From an uncultured Pseudomonadales bacterium (lineage in GTDB: Bacteria > Patescibacteriota > Microgenomatia > UBA1400 > UBA1396), in the NCBI GenBank assembly GCA_964511175.1, contig CAZEEI010000001.1, forward strand, positions 23,216 through 87,215: DNA of 64,000 bases, given 5' to 3'. This document shows, one piece after another, positions 18,588-27,394 of this stretch (position 1 is its first letter; each line of letters begins with the position of its first letter). A program made the position numbers and the translations under genes. The notes below the pieces were generated by a model, which did no database searches, had not been told where the DNA came from, and was given only the letters and a program-made list of their open reading frames with translations.

Positions 18588-19385
18588 ATGAGAATGAATG
18601 TGCACAGACTTTTAGCCGCCGACATCTTTTTGTCATTATCGGGTTCAACTGCCTTGACTGCAGCGAGTGGTAAAGCTTTTGCAGTGCCAGTGCGCTTATT
18701 AGTGGAGCTACCTAGTTACCGCATTGTGGCTTTAGGCGAAGAAGCGCGAGCCGTAGAACATGCGGGGATTGGCCGCAGCCGCGTGATTGTGCCGTGTGAT
18801 GAGGTAGAAGTTTTTGATGAGCGGGGTGCCGAAGTGTTTTTGCGCGGGTTGTTTCGTATTGTGCTTGGTTCCGGTTTTTTGCTAAAACCCAAAGTATGGT
18901 TGGCTTTGCCGGGGAGAACTACGCCTTTTATGCAGGAAGTGTGGTTGAAGGTGATCTTGGCGGCCGGCGCCCGCGACGTAGTGCTGGTTAATCCGCTGTT
19001 AGCGATTGCCGCGGGCGCCGGCCTTCCTTTAGATTCCGCACACGGTTATGCGGTGGGCAGTATAACGGATAAAGGAGTCGTTTTAGGATTAGTGGCTTTT
19101 AGTCACGTGCAACAAGAGGTGTGGCAGCCGGTGGAAAGTTCGTCGGCGGAAGTTGCCGACGTCAGTCTCACCGCTTTGTCCCAGGCCTGGCAGAAGTTGC
19201 TACCCCAAGTGCCGGTTGAATTTGCTAGCTCACTGCAGCGGGAAGGGGCAGTGTTGGTTGTGCCAGAGGATTCAGCCGAATGGTCTCAGGCCTATACTAA
19301 TGTTTTGGGTGTGCCGGTTTCGACTTTTGAACGAACCACGGCCGTTTTGGGTCTACGTGCCCTGGCGAAGGAGGAGAATGCGTAA
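18588..19385 (+). CDS. Divergent MreB/actin-fold protein with degenerate nucleotide-binding motifs (265 aa)
   Basis: Aligns to MreB: VALGEEA..., AAGARDVVLVNPLLAIAAGAGLPL is close to the MreB ...[23 protein letters not shown] motif. Phosphate-1 (DIFLSLSGSTAL vs DLGTANT) and phosphate-2 (SITDKGVV vs DIGGGTTE) are eroded. Confidence 0.5.
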   Translation: MRMNVHRLLAADIFLSLSGSTALTAASGKAFAVPVRLLVELPSYRIVALGEEARAVEHAGIGRSRVIVPCDEVEVFDERGAEVFLRGLFRIVLGSGFLLKPKVWLALPGRTTPFMQEVWLKVILAAGARDVVLVNPLLAIAAGAGLPLDSAHGYAVGSITDKGVVLGLVAFSHVQQEVWQPVESSSAEVADVSLTALSQAWQKLLPQVPVEFASSLQREGAVLVVPEDSAEWSQAYTNVLGVPVSTFERTTAVLGLRALAKEENA

Positions 19386-20133
19386 CGCGGTGATTAAGGC
19401 GATCATTAGGCATTGTTTTACTGGTACTGGTCAAGAGTTTCAAGATTGGTGGCAACAACATTTGCAGACAGGTCATGGTTTACAGTTGATTTTTACGCCT
19501 AATCCCGAGCAAAGCGTATTGGCAACCGATAGCGACACATTTCGTGATTGTTTGCTAAGCGGTGATCAGCTATTAGCCGATGGCGCCGGTCTGGTGTGGG
19601 CCTCACGCCTGGAGGGTGTCACCCTCCACCGTATAACCGGTGTGGATATGACGGCTTGGTGGTTGCGGGTAAATCGCCAAGGAAAGGTGTCAACCTTACT
19701 GATTGGCGGCCGCGACAACGTGGCGGCAGATTTGGCGCGCCAAGTTGATCCTGACGACCAGTGGTGCTCTGGTATATCTGGCCACCTCAACGTCGCGGCC
19801 GCCCATGATCCGGCCTATCAAGATCAGATGGCCGATGAAGAACAAGCAATTTTTGACGCGATTAAAAAGAGAAAACCACAAGTAGTATTAGTTGCCTTTG
19901 GCGCTCCATGGCAGGAAGAGTTTTTATGTCGTCATCGGGAACAACTGGCCAAACTAGGCGTCAAAATAGCGATGGTCTGCGGTGGGGCTTTCGATTATCT
20001 CACCGGTCAAGCACCGCGCGCTCCTGGCTGGTTGCGGGCGATTGGCCTGGAATGGCTGTTTCGGTTATGGCAAGAACCCTGGCGCTGGCGGCGACAACTA
20101 CGGTTAATACGCTTCATTCACCTGGTGGTGTAA
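19378..20133 (+). CDS. WecG/TagA-family (GT26) glycosyltransferase
   Basis: LLADGAGLVWASRLEGVTLHRITGVDM aligns to the conserved ADGMGVVWAARLLG...RVAGSDL region of WecG/TagA. Start ATG 19378 overlaps the upstream stop. Confidence 0.7.
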   Translation: MRNAVIKAIIRHCFTGTGQEFQDWWQQHLQTGHGLQLIFTPNPEQSVLATDSDTFRDCLLSGDQLLADGAGLVWASRLEGVTLHRITGVDMTAWWLRVNRQGKVSTLLIGGRDNVAADLARQVDPDDQWCSGISGHLNVAAAHDPAYQDQMADEEQAIFDAIKKRKPQVVLVAFGAPWQEEFLCRHREQLAKLGVKIAMVCGGAFDYLTGQAPRAPGWLRAIGLEWLFRLWQEPWRWRRQLRLIRFIHLVV

Positions 20134-20142
20134 ACTAATCAC

Positions 20143-21186
20143 ATGCAGAATGATGTTTTACCAACCGCACCAAATATAAATGATACTTTCCACGATGCAG
20201 AGATCAGCAAGCCAATACAGAGACCGTCTGTTCCAGCAACTCAATCGAAATGGTTAATATCGATTTTAGTAGGAGCTCTAATAGTGATTACTGGCGTAGC
20301 TGTCTGGTTTGCCTATCAAAATCGGCAATTGAAACAAGAACAAGCTCTATTTAATCAACCAAGTCCTACGCCAACCACGGTGTTAAATGCTACTTCGGCT
20401 AACCTGCCAATATCATGGCAAGCTAGTGTTTTAGGTAGGCTTTCTTTTCAATATCCAAGCGATTGGCAGATCAAAGTTACTAATCCGGGAAAACAGTTAA
20501 TAATTAAGCCCATCTCTGGTTCAGATATCGATATTTCGATTTATACCATCGATAACCCCCAGGATTTGTCTTTGTCAGAATTCGGTAGTGATTGGGAAAT
20601 GAAACCAAACCTTTATAGCCCCACTGCTGAAGCAAGAATAGTTTCGGGGATTACTGGCTATTATCAAGAAAACCAGCATTGTGAACCGTCGCTTTGTGAT
20701 AAATTAGCGGTCTCTTATCAACAAAAAATATACGTAGTCACCATTGCTTACCAAGGCATTGATAGCGCGGATATTAATCAGAGAGTACAAACTTACCGAC
20801 CTATTTTCCAACAAGTCATTTTGAGTTTGAAGTTTGTCGGCCAAGCAGAAATTTCTAGTAATAAAGAATCTTTGCTTCAAGTGGTTGATGGCTATCTCTC
20901 CGCCCTAATGAAAGGCGATGTGGGTATGGCCACGAATTTTTTGGCCGAAGAAGTTAAAGACGAGACTTTTGCCAATTGGTACCAAGGGTACGAAAAATAT
21001 AAAACGTACGAAGTTCTGAATAAGTTTCATTCCGCACAAGAAGAAATCGATTTCTATAATCAAGATCAGGTCACTTTAACAGTCAAGCTCTATGAGGACA
21101 ACGACCGGGAGGGGAATAAAGCGCAGTTAACGTTCCGCAAGGCGGATGGTAATTGGAAAACCTTGACTTGGTATTTGTTCCCCTAA
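20143..21186 (+). CDS. Membrane-anchored hypothetical protein with extracytoplasmic domain
   Basis: TM segment WLISILVGALIVITGVAVWFAY, then a 280-aa soluble region. Confidence 0.45.
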   Translation: MQNDVLPTAPNINDTFHDAEISKPIQRPSVPATQSKWLISILVGALIVITGVAVWFAYQNRQLKQEQALFNQPSPTPTTVLNATSANLPISWQASVLGRLSFQYPSDWQIKVTNPGKQLIIKPISGSDIDISIYTIDNPQDLSLSEFGSDWEMKPNLYSPTAEARIVSGITGYYQENQHCEPSLCDKLAVSYQQKIYVVTIAYQGIDSADINQRVQTYRPIFQQVILSLKFVGQAEISSNKESLLQVVDGYLSALMKGDVGMATNFLAEEVKDETFANWYQGYEKYKTYEVLNKFHSAQEEIDFYNQDQVTLTVKLYEDNDREGNKAQLTFRKADGNWKTLTWYLFP

Positions 21187-21213
21187 CGAGAATATCCCGT
21201 ATAGGTTATAGTT

Positions 21214-21432
21214 TTACTCCGAGAGGGAGTTTCCTTCAATGCCCAGCAACCAGAGAACCGCTTCTTTGCGGTAGCGTCGGTCGCCGCGCGAATTAATCCG
21301 GATAGCTGGCAACTTGCCCCGTTTACCCCAGCGTTTCACCGTCAGAGGAGAGACGCGCAAAAGCTGAGCTACCTCACGCACCGTTAATAGGTCAGGCAAA
21401 TTGTTGATGTCTAGTTTGAGGTCATCGCTCAC
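21214..21432 (-). CDS. Helix-turn-helix DNA-binding protein (excisionase/MerR-like HTH)
   Basis: LLTVREVAQLLRVSPLTVKRWGKRGKLPAIRI is an HTH_17-type motif. 72 aa. Confidence 0.5.
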   Translation of the reverse strand: MSDDLKLDINNLPDLLTVREVAQLLRVSPLTVKRWGKRGKLPAIRINSRGDRRYRKEAVLWLLGIEGNSLSE

Positions 21433-21504
21433 GGAGGCTCCTTTGTTTCTGTCTCAATTTATATCCCAGCGTAGCAGAGAGGACGAAACCATGTCAATAC
21501 GAAA

Positions 21505-21526
21505 GGGCCGCCCGATCGGGCGGCCC
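21505..21526 (-). terminator. Rho-independent terminator downstream of rplL
   Basis: The perfect palindrome GGGCCGCCCGATCGGGCGGCCC sits immediately 3' of the rplL stop and is followed by a T-rich run on the minus strand. Confidence 0.55.
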
Positions 21527-21556
21527 TGACTTGAGTACTTACTCAACACCTCGAAC

Positions 21557-21937
21557 TTATTTAAGCTCGACGGCGGCGCCAGCTTCTTCCAGCACCTTTT
21601 TCGCGTTGTCAGCATCTTCTTTTTTAGCGCCTTCCAACACGACCTTGGGAGCGGACTCCACAAAGGTTTTGGCTTCGGCCAGACCGAGGTCAGGCTTAAG
21701 CGTACGGACCGCCTTGATAACGGCGATCTTGTTAGCACCGGCATTAGCCAGCACTACGTCAAATTCGGTTTTTTCCGCAGCAGCTTCGCCAGCGGCGGCG
21801 CCAGGCATGGCACCAGCCATCATGACGGGAGCGGCTGAAACGCCGAATTCTTCTTCGAGAGCCTTAACGAGTTCGGAAACTTCCATTAAAGAAAGTTTCT
21901 TCACGGCCTCAACGATGGACTGAACGTTGTCAGACAT
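21557..21937 (-). CDS. rplL: Ribosomal protein bL12 (L7/L12)
   Basis: [36 protein letters not shown]... with an Ala-rich hinge and conserved C-terminal domain. Confidence 0.9.
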   Translation of the reverse strand: MSDNVQSIVEAVKKLSLMEVSELVKALEEEFGVSAAPVMMAGAMPGAAAGEAAAEKTEFDVVLANAGANKIAVIKAVRTLKPDLGLAEAKTFVESAPKVVLEGAKKEDADNAKKVLEEAGAAVELK

Positions 21938-21957
21938 ATTTTTTCCTTTCGTTTCCT

Positions 21958-22464
21958 TTATTGCTTATTGGCAACCGCAGTTAATACTCGTACCAGCGAG
22001 CCTGGTACCGCTTCCAACACGTTGCGCAGGCCGTAGGCCGGACCCTGCAGGCGTTGGAGTAACATCGTGATTAGTTCACTACGTCCCGGCACCTTAGAGA
22101 GTGTTTCCACTTCCGCGACCGAGAGCAGTTTGGCTTCTAACCAACCACCTTTGATTTCCGGCAGATCGTTATCAGCCATGAATTTAGTCATGGCTTTCAA
22201 AGCCGAAACTTCATCTTCGTAAGAAAAGAGCGTCAACAACTGATCTTGCAGCACACCGGCTAAACCCTCTGGTTTACCCAAGGCAATGTTGAGCAGGCGA
22301 TTACGGGTAATAACGATTTCACCGCCGGCTTCCTTGACGGCACGGCGCAGTTTAGTTTGCTGGCTAACGTCAAGACCAGAATACTTAGCAAACACGACCG
22401 ACTTGGCGCGGGCTAATTTTTCCTGTAACTCGGCAACTGCCTGAATTTTGGCTTGGCTAGGCAT
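21958..22464 (-). CDS. rplJ: Ribosomal protein uL10
   Basis: L10 family sequence, 168 aa, immediately upstream of rplL. Confidence 0.9.
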   Translation of the reverse strand: MPSQAKIQAVAELQEKLARAKSVVFAKYSGLDVSQQTKLRRAVKEAGGEIVITRNRLLNIALGKPEGLAGVLQDQLLTLFSYEDEVSALKAMTKFMADNDLPEIKGGWLEAKLLSVAEVETLSKVPGRSELITMLLQRLQGPAYGLRNVLEAVPGSLVRVLTAVANKQ

Positions 22465-22676
22465 AAATGTCCTTTATTATTTTGGGCGACACGACCGAAA
22501 AAAGGAAAAAGTGCGGCTCATAGCGAGCGAAACTATTTTCTCTCCTCGGCACAATGTCGGTGCTTTCTTTGGATCGAGAACTGAATTATAGCAGAAAAAT
22601 GCGACTAAACAAGGTTAAAAGAGAAAATCAACCCTTCTTGCCAAAGTATTACTTTTTTAGTAAAGTATTACCAATT

Positions 22677-22922
22677 ATGAACGGTATTACTACTATTACC
22701 AGTAAAGGCCAGGTAGTTATTCCTAAGTCGATTCGGGATCAGTTTGGCCTCAAGCCCGCCAGCAAAGTGCAGTTTATGGTTAAAGATCAAACTATTTTTT
22801 TGCGTGTACAGCCCTCGGTTAGAGACATCATGGGATCGCTATCAACGTCACGTCGCCTCAATCGCCAACAAGAAAAAAGCGCTTTTGCTCAAGCGGTTAT
22901 TGATGATGTACAGGATAAATGA
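22677..22922 (+). CDS. AbrB/MazE/SpoVT-type antitoxin (VapB-like)
   Basis: ITSKGQVVIPKSIRDQFGLKPASKV swapped-hairpin motif. Start ATG 22677 inside track ORF 22554..22922. Confidence 0.6.
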   Translation: MNGITTITSKGQVVIPKSIRDQFGLKPASKVQFMVKDQTIFLRVQPSVRDIMGSLSTSRRLNRQQEKSAFAQAVIDDVQDK

Positions 22923-23275
22923 CGATCTTAGACACAAGTGCTGTTTTGCGTTTTCTTTTACGAGACGATCGGGAGAAAGCCGAGCAGGTAGCTTTGGTTT
23001 TAGAAAATGAATCGTCAATATTTATTCCGCAGGCAGTTTTTATTGAACTCGATTTTGTGTTGCGTAAAAGTTACCGAATTTCCCGTTCGGACGTAGCTTA
23101 TCAACTCAGTAGTTTGAGCGATCTGCCCAACGTCAAAACTGACCCAGAGACCCGCGTTGCTTTAACCATTTATTTGGGTACCAATTTGAGTTTAGCCGAT
23201 TGTTTCGTTTTGGCGTACGCTCATGGCCAGAGCTTGTGTTCTTTTGATGTCGATTTAATGAAAAACCGCTACTAA
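22919..23275 (+). CDS. PIN-domain toxin (VapC-like)
   Basis: MTILDTSAVLRFLL..., 118 aa, start overlapping the antitoxin stop (ATGA). Confidence 0.65.
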   Translation: MTILDTSAVLRFLLRDDREKAEQVALVLENESSIFIPQAVFIELDFVLRKSYRISRSDVAYQLSSLSDLPNVKTDPETRVALTIYLGTNLSLADCFVLAYAHGQSLCSFDVDLMKNRY

Positions 23276-23979
23276 ATCGTCGTCTGAACTTTAATTCCCG
23301 GACTCATGCTGGAAGCAATCGTCAACTTAAGAATACTGTTAGGCGGCAGAGCGGCCAACAAAGCTTGGAGGTTAGCCACCAGTTCTTCACTAGGCTGGCT
23401 AACTTTACCTAGACGCACGTGCATTAAGGGCGCCTTTTTCTCGCCGCGCAGGGTGGCCGCGCCACCTTGCAGCTGAGCTTTCTTAGCTTCCGGATCCGAT
23501 GTAACGGTGCCGGTTTTAGGATTGGGCATCAAACCTTTGGGTCCCAACAAGCGAGCAAACTTGGCGAGCTTAGGCATTAGTTCCGGTGTGGTTAATAACA
23601 CGTCAAACTCAACTTTACCTTCGGCCAAATCAGCTAAAATGGCGTCACTGGCAATCGCCACCCGCACCTCTTTACCGGTAGAGTGGGGGAAAGTGACGTC
23701 CACTGGCTTGAGTTCACGTTTCAAGTTGAGATGAGCGCTAACCGTACCGCCAAATTTGGCATAAGAAGTGGTTTTGAGTAATTCAATCGCTTGAGTAATG
23801 GGGTAAACCTGAGTGCGGTCGACCATACTGCGGGCTTCAACGTATTTTTTACCGCGTACCCGGCTACGTTTGGCTGGTGCCGCAACTGCCGCTACTTCTG
23901 CCGTTTCGGTGGCTTCAGCTTCTACCTCAGACGGTTCGGTTGTAGTTTCAATTTGTTTTTCTTCAGTGATATCCGTCAT
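23272..23979 (-). CDS. rplA: Ribosomal protein uL1 with an acidic N-terminal extension
   Basis: ...KFGGTVSAHLNLK...GKVEFDVLLTTPELMPKLAKFARLLGPKGLMPNPKTGTVT... L1 family. Confidence 0.9.
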   Translation of the reverse strand: MTDITEEKQIETTTEPSEVEAEATETAEVAAVAAPAKRSRVRGKKYVEARSMVDRTQVYPITQAIELLKTTSYAKFGGTVSAHLNLKRELKPVDVTFPHSTGKEVRVAIASDAILADLAEGKVEFDVLLTTPELMPKLAKFARLLGPKGLMPNPKTGTVTSDPEAKKAQLQGGAATLRGEKKAPLMHVRLGKVSQPSEELVANLQALLAALPPNSILKLTIASSMSPGIKVQTTI

Positions 23980-23987
23980 AATTCTCC

Positions 23988-24413
23988 TTACTCAGTCACC
24001 TTCACACCCATACTACGTGCGGTACCTTTAACCATGCTCATTACTGCTTCAAGATTAACGGCGTTAGTATCCGCCACTTTTGCCTCAGCAATTTTATGTA
24101 CTTGATCAGACGTTAAAGTACCAACCTCTTGAGTACCAGCGGTAGCAGCGCCTTTCTTAAGGTTGATTTCCTTCATAATCATGGCCGAAACCGGAGCCAA
24201 TTTGAGCTCGAAAGTAAAGGAACGGTCTTCAAAAACCGTAATCAAGGCAGGAATAACTTCACCGCGGCGATCCTTGGTTTTCTCATTGTACTGGTTACAG
24301 AACTCCATGATGTTGATACCAGCTTGTCCCAGAATAGGACCAACCGGCGGGGCAGGGTTAGCCGCACCACCGCGTAAGTTTAGTTTTAAGACAGCTTTAA
24401 CTTTTTTTGCCAT
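23988..24413 (-). CDS. rplK: Ribosomal protein uL11
   Basis: MAKKVKAVLKLNLRGGAANPAPPVGPILGQAGINIMEFCNQYNEKT... Confidence 0.9.
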   Translation of the reverse strand: MAKKVKAVLKLNLRGGAANPAPPVGPILGQAGINIMEFCNQYNEKTKDRRGEVIPALITVFEDRSFTFELKLAPVSAMIMKEINLKKGAATAGTQEVGTLTSDQVHKIAEAKVADTNAVNLEAVMSMVKGTARSMGVKVTE

Positions 24414-24608
24414 AAGACTCCCTATTTAGCTTTCGCTTAACCAAAAACGGAAACACCCGAAAAAGTTTAGACATTTGGTTGAGTTGTCACGCTATCAACC
24501 AAAGTATGTTTTTCGCGTTACCGCTCCTTCCATAATCGAGTGACTTGGAAGTGACGGTAGTATATCATAACTTTAAGGAGCTAATCGAAGTTAATTTGCA
24601 GTCGATGA

Positions 24609-24956
24609 CTAAAAATTAGCCTGTTGATGCCGATAAGGATTTTCGGGATCATCTAACCAGGCGTCTCTCTCCGACTCGGAAAGTCCACGTACCGTGACGT
24701 TTTTAGCTACGTAGGGGCGATCAATAAGATGAACCATTTCGCCAATACGCTGGTGCAATGCCGCTTCGGTAACGGAGGAAGCCCGGTCAAGAGACCAAAA
24801 TAGCTGTCTTTTTTCGGGTTCGTCGCGTTTAAATACTTCCCAGGTCATCAAAATGTAATCGTATTTCTGGCCAGCCTCTCTTTGATCCCAGAACTCGACG
24901 ACCTTCTTTGGTCTTCTGGCTCTTTCAGGATGTAATAAGTCTTTGAAAAATCTCAT
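24609..24956 (-). CDS. Hypothetical protein, paralog of the adjacent gene (115 aa)
   Basis: MRFFKDLLHPERARR...KNVTVRGLSESE, a paralog of MRSFKDLLRPREKKG...KNVSVYGLSASE. Confidence 0.4.
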   Translation of the reverse strand: MRFFKDLLHPERARRPKKVVEFWDQREAGQKYDYILMTWEVFKRDEPEKRQLFWSLDRASSVTEAALHQRIGEMVHLIDRPYVAKNVTVRGLSESERDAWLDDPENPYRHQQANF

Positions 24957-24960
24957 AACA

Positions 24961-25314
24961 TTAATGACTTTCGTCAGATTGAATTTCTAGCCAGGAATAG
25001 AAATCAAGTTGAGAATCTTGCCAATCATGCCATTCCGATGCGGAAAGACCATAGACAGAAACATTTTTAAGCACCTTAGGACGAACTATGTTTTGAGCGG
25101 CGAAACCATATTGTTTTCTAATAGCCTCAAGGGTTCTGTTTGGGGAATTGGCACGATCGGAATAAGCGTAAAAACTCCGTTCTTCTGGTTTAGAAGGATC
25201 AAATGTCTCACAAGTAACGACGACAAAATCGTAAGATTTTCCAGGCTCCCTTAAATCAAGAATCTCAATTCCTTTTTTCTCTCTTGGTCGCAGTAAATCT
25301 TTAAAAGAGCGCAT
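24961..25314 (-). CDS. Hypothetical protein, paralog of the adjacent gene (117 aa)
   Basis: See the previous feature. Located between nusG and rplK. Confidence 0.4.
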   Translation of the reverse strand: MRSFKDLLRPREKKGIEILDLREPGKSYDFVVVTCETFDPSKPEERSFYAYSDRANSPNRTLEAIRKQYGFAAQNIVRPKVLKNVSVYGLSASEWHDWQDSQLDFYSWLEIQSDESH

Positions 25315-25321
25315 GCTTTAA

Positions 25322-25972
25322 TTATAACTTGCTAACCTGGAGGAAATCCAATTCCACTGGTGTTTCGCGGCCAAAAATAGAGACAAGTACGGTAACTTTG
25401 CCTTTGCCCTCGTCAATACTATCGACTGAGCCGATGAAGTCGGTAAATGGACCTTCCACAATCTTGACCGCTTCGCCCACACTGAAGTTAGCTTTGTAGC
25501 TGGCCACGCCTTGGGACATGAATTTCTGGATAGCTTCGACTTCTTGTTTGGGCAGGGGAGTGGGTTTGGTACCCACGCCGACAAATCCGGTAACACCAGG
25601 GGTGGTACGGACACAGAGCCAGGATTCATCGGTGAGAACGAGACGGATCAAAATGTAGCCCGGGAAAATCTTTTCCTTAATGGCGCGTTTTTGACCACGG
25701 CGGATTTGGATTTTTTCTTGAGTGGGAATCAGAACTTCAAAAATAAAACCGGCCAAACCCATCGTTTCCACGCGTTGCTTCAGAGTGTGGGCAACTTTGT
25801 TTTCGTGGCCGGAATAAGTATGAACCACGTACCACTTGGCGCGGCGCTTGGTTTTCTCTTCTTCGCTGAGATCCGAAATCATGACGTGGCTAGTGCTTTT
25901 TGCCACGGTTTCCTGCGATTCTGGCGCTTCCAGATCGTTGGTGGGATTGGTTAATTGTTGGTCGTCAGACAT
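25322..25972 (-). CDS. nusG: Transcription termination/antitermination factor NusG (with acidic N-terminal extension)
   Basis: KWYVVHTYSGHENKVAHTLKQRVE... NGN domain and a C-terminal KOW domain (GEAVKIVEGPFTDFIGSV). Confidence 0.85.
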   Translation of the reverse strand: MSDDQQLTNPTNDLEAPESQETVAKSTSHVMISDLSEEEKTKRRAKWYVVHTYSGHENKVAHTLKQRVETMGLAGFIFEVLIPTQEKIQIRRGQKRAIKEKIFPGYILIRLVLTDESWLCVRTTPGVTGFVGVGTKPTPLPKQEVEAIQKFMSQGVASYKANFSVGEAVKIVEGPFTDFIGSVDSIDEGKGKVTVLVSIFGRETPVELDFLQVSKL

Positions 25973-25997
25973 ATTTCCTTATAATTTTGTCTTATTT

Positions 25998-26201
25998 TTA
26001 TAACCCGAGCACTATTGCGGCCAGCCGGCTGAACACGAAGTCCATAGCGCCGATAACTACGGCGGCTACTCCCACTACCACAACTACCACCACGGTGAGG
26101 CGGCGGGTAGATGAGGCGTCCGGCCAAGATACTTTTCGCATCTCTTCGAGTACGCCGCGGGGGTAAGCCTTCAACTCCGACCACAAAGTACGCAAGGTCA
26201 T
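25998..26201 (-). CDS. secE: Preprotein translocase subunit SecE
   Basis: 67 aa. ELKAYPRGVLEEMRKVSWP followed by a single TM helix. Conserved position upstream of nusG. Confidence 0.7.
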   Translation of the reverse strand: MTLRTLWSELKAYPRGVLEEMRKVSWPDASSTRRLTVVVVVVVGVAAVVIGAMDFVFSRLAAIVLGL

Positions 26202-26262
26202 GAAGCGGCATTATACCATAGCGCTTGGCCTAGGTTGGTGTATCAAAATGGCCAAAACCGAT

Positions 26263-26345
26263 AGTTGTACAACTATGATCTGGTAGAACCTTTTCGGTAG
26301 AGACTAGACTTGAGGTAAGTTGTACAACTGTTGGTTTGGCTGGTT
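26263..26345. repeat. Copy A of a ~85-bp intergenic repeat unit bounded by two AGTTGTACAACT 12-bp palindromes spaced 55 bp apart
   Basis: About 88% identical to 56280..56362. Sits in the divergent secE/galU intergenic region. Confidence 0.6.
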
Positions 26346-26418
26346 TTGATAGATAAGCCCGAACCAGATTTTCGCCAGGATTCTCCAATAAAGCGGCCTT
26401 CTGTTATACTGGTTTCCT

Positions 26419-27303
26419 ATGAGTCAAACCATTCGTAAGGCCGTAATCCCGGCCGCCGGGTTCGGAACCCGTTTTCTGCCCCAAACCAAAGCCATGCCCA
26501 AGGAAATGTTACCCATTGTGGATAAGCCGGTTATCCAGATTGTGGTGGAGGAGTTGGCCAGCGCCGGTATTACCGAGATCGTGATTGTTACCGGCTACCA
26601 TAAGCGTTCGATCGAAGACCACTTTGACCACAACTTTGAATTGGAACACGAACTGGAGAAATCAGGTAAGACCAGCTATCTGCAGGAGTTGGAGCGAATT
26701 AACAACTTGGCCAATTTTTATTATATTCGACAGAAAGGGCCTAAAGGTAACGCTACCCCAATCCTGAATGCCCGGGAAATCATCGGCAATGAGCCATTTA
26801 TTGTTTTTTGGGGCGACGACTTCATCACCGCCGAACCATCACGAGCCAAGCAGTTAATTGCCGCCTACGAAAAGTATGGCACGACCATTCTAGGGGGAAT
26901 TGCCGCCAATAAGGACGAAGATTACAACCGTTACGGTTTTGCCGGCGGTGAGCGGCTGGAAGATGGGGCGATTCGGGTTAATCAATTAATTGAGAAACCA
27001 GGAAAAGAAAACGCCCCCTCTGATTTAGGCATTGTTTCCGGCCAAATTTATAACCCGGATATTTTTGACGCCATCGAGGAAGCCAATTTCCGCCGCCAAG
27101 AGGGTAAGGAGCTGGTTTATATTGATGCGATCAATGTTTTGCGCGAACGCGGCGAAACGGTTCACGCTATTCCAGTAGTGGGTGGCAAGTTTTATGATTG
27201 CGGCAACGTGCTGGAATATCTCAAGACCGTAATCGAAATGGGTCTGCAGGAAGAGAAAATTGGGCCCAGTTTGCGGGCTTGGCTGCAGCAGTTGCAAACG
27301 TAG
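26419..27303 (+). CDS. galU: UTP-glucose-1-phosphate uridylyltransferase
   Basis: KAVIPAAGFGTRFLPQTKAMPKEMLPIVDKPVIQ is the nucleotidyltransferase signature. Confidence 0.8.
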   Translation: MSQTIRKAVIPAAGFGTRFLPQTKAMPKEMLPIVDKPVIQIVVEELASAGITEIVIVTGYHKRSIEDHFDHNFELEHELEKSGKTSYLQELERINNLANFYYIRQKGPKGNATPILNAREIIGNEPFIVFWGDDFITAEPSRAKQLIAAYEKYGTTILGGIAANKDEDYNRYGFAGGERLEDGAIRVNQLIEKPGKENAPSDLGIVSGQIYNPDIFDAIEEANFRRQEGKELVYIDAINVLRERGETVHAIPVVGGKFYDCGNVLEYLKTVIEMGLQEEKIGPSLRAWLQQLQT

Positions 27304-27394
27304 GCATGTATTAAAAAAGTTTTTCGTGTAACTTTCACCGTTGTCTTGGTGGCGCGTGGGGTGTATCTCCTTTCTTGACTAAGATATACTACTT

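Noticed and set aside
21531-21923. 130-aa plus-strand ORF antisense to rplL
   Set aside because: Ala/Ser-rich mirror of the rplL Ala-rich hinge. The rplL assignment on the other strand is unambiguous.
24414-24608. Possible L1-binding autoregulatory leader upstream of rplK
   Set aside because: Only an RBS (GGGAG) and a possible extended -10 element could be seen. No convincing mimic of the 23S rRNA L1 site was identified without a covariance model.
25511-25954. 147-aa ORF antisense to nusG; also 25318-25629 and 25951-26211
   Set aside because: They overlap the well-supported nusG and secE genes on the opposite strand.
26263-26274. Interpreting the AGTTGTACAACT 12-bp palindromes as transcription terminators
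   Set aside because: A perfect palindrome with no loop and no following U-run is not a plausible intrinsic terminator. A protein-binding site fits better, given the phased arrays.
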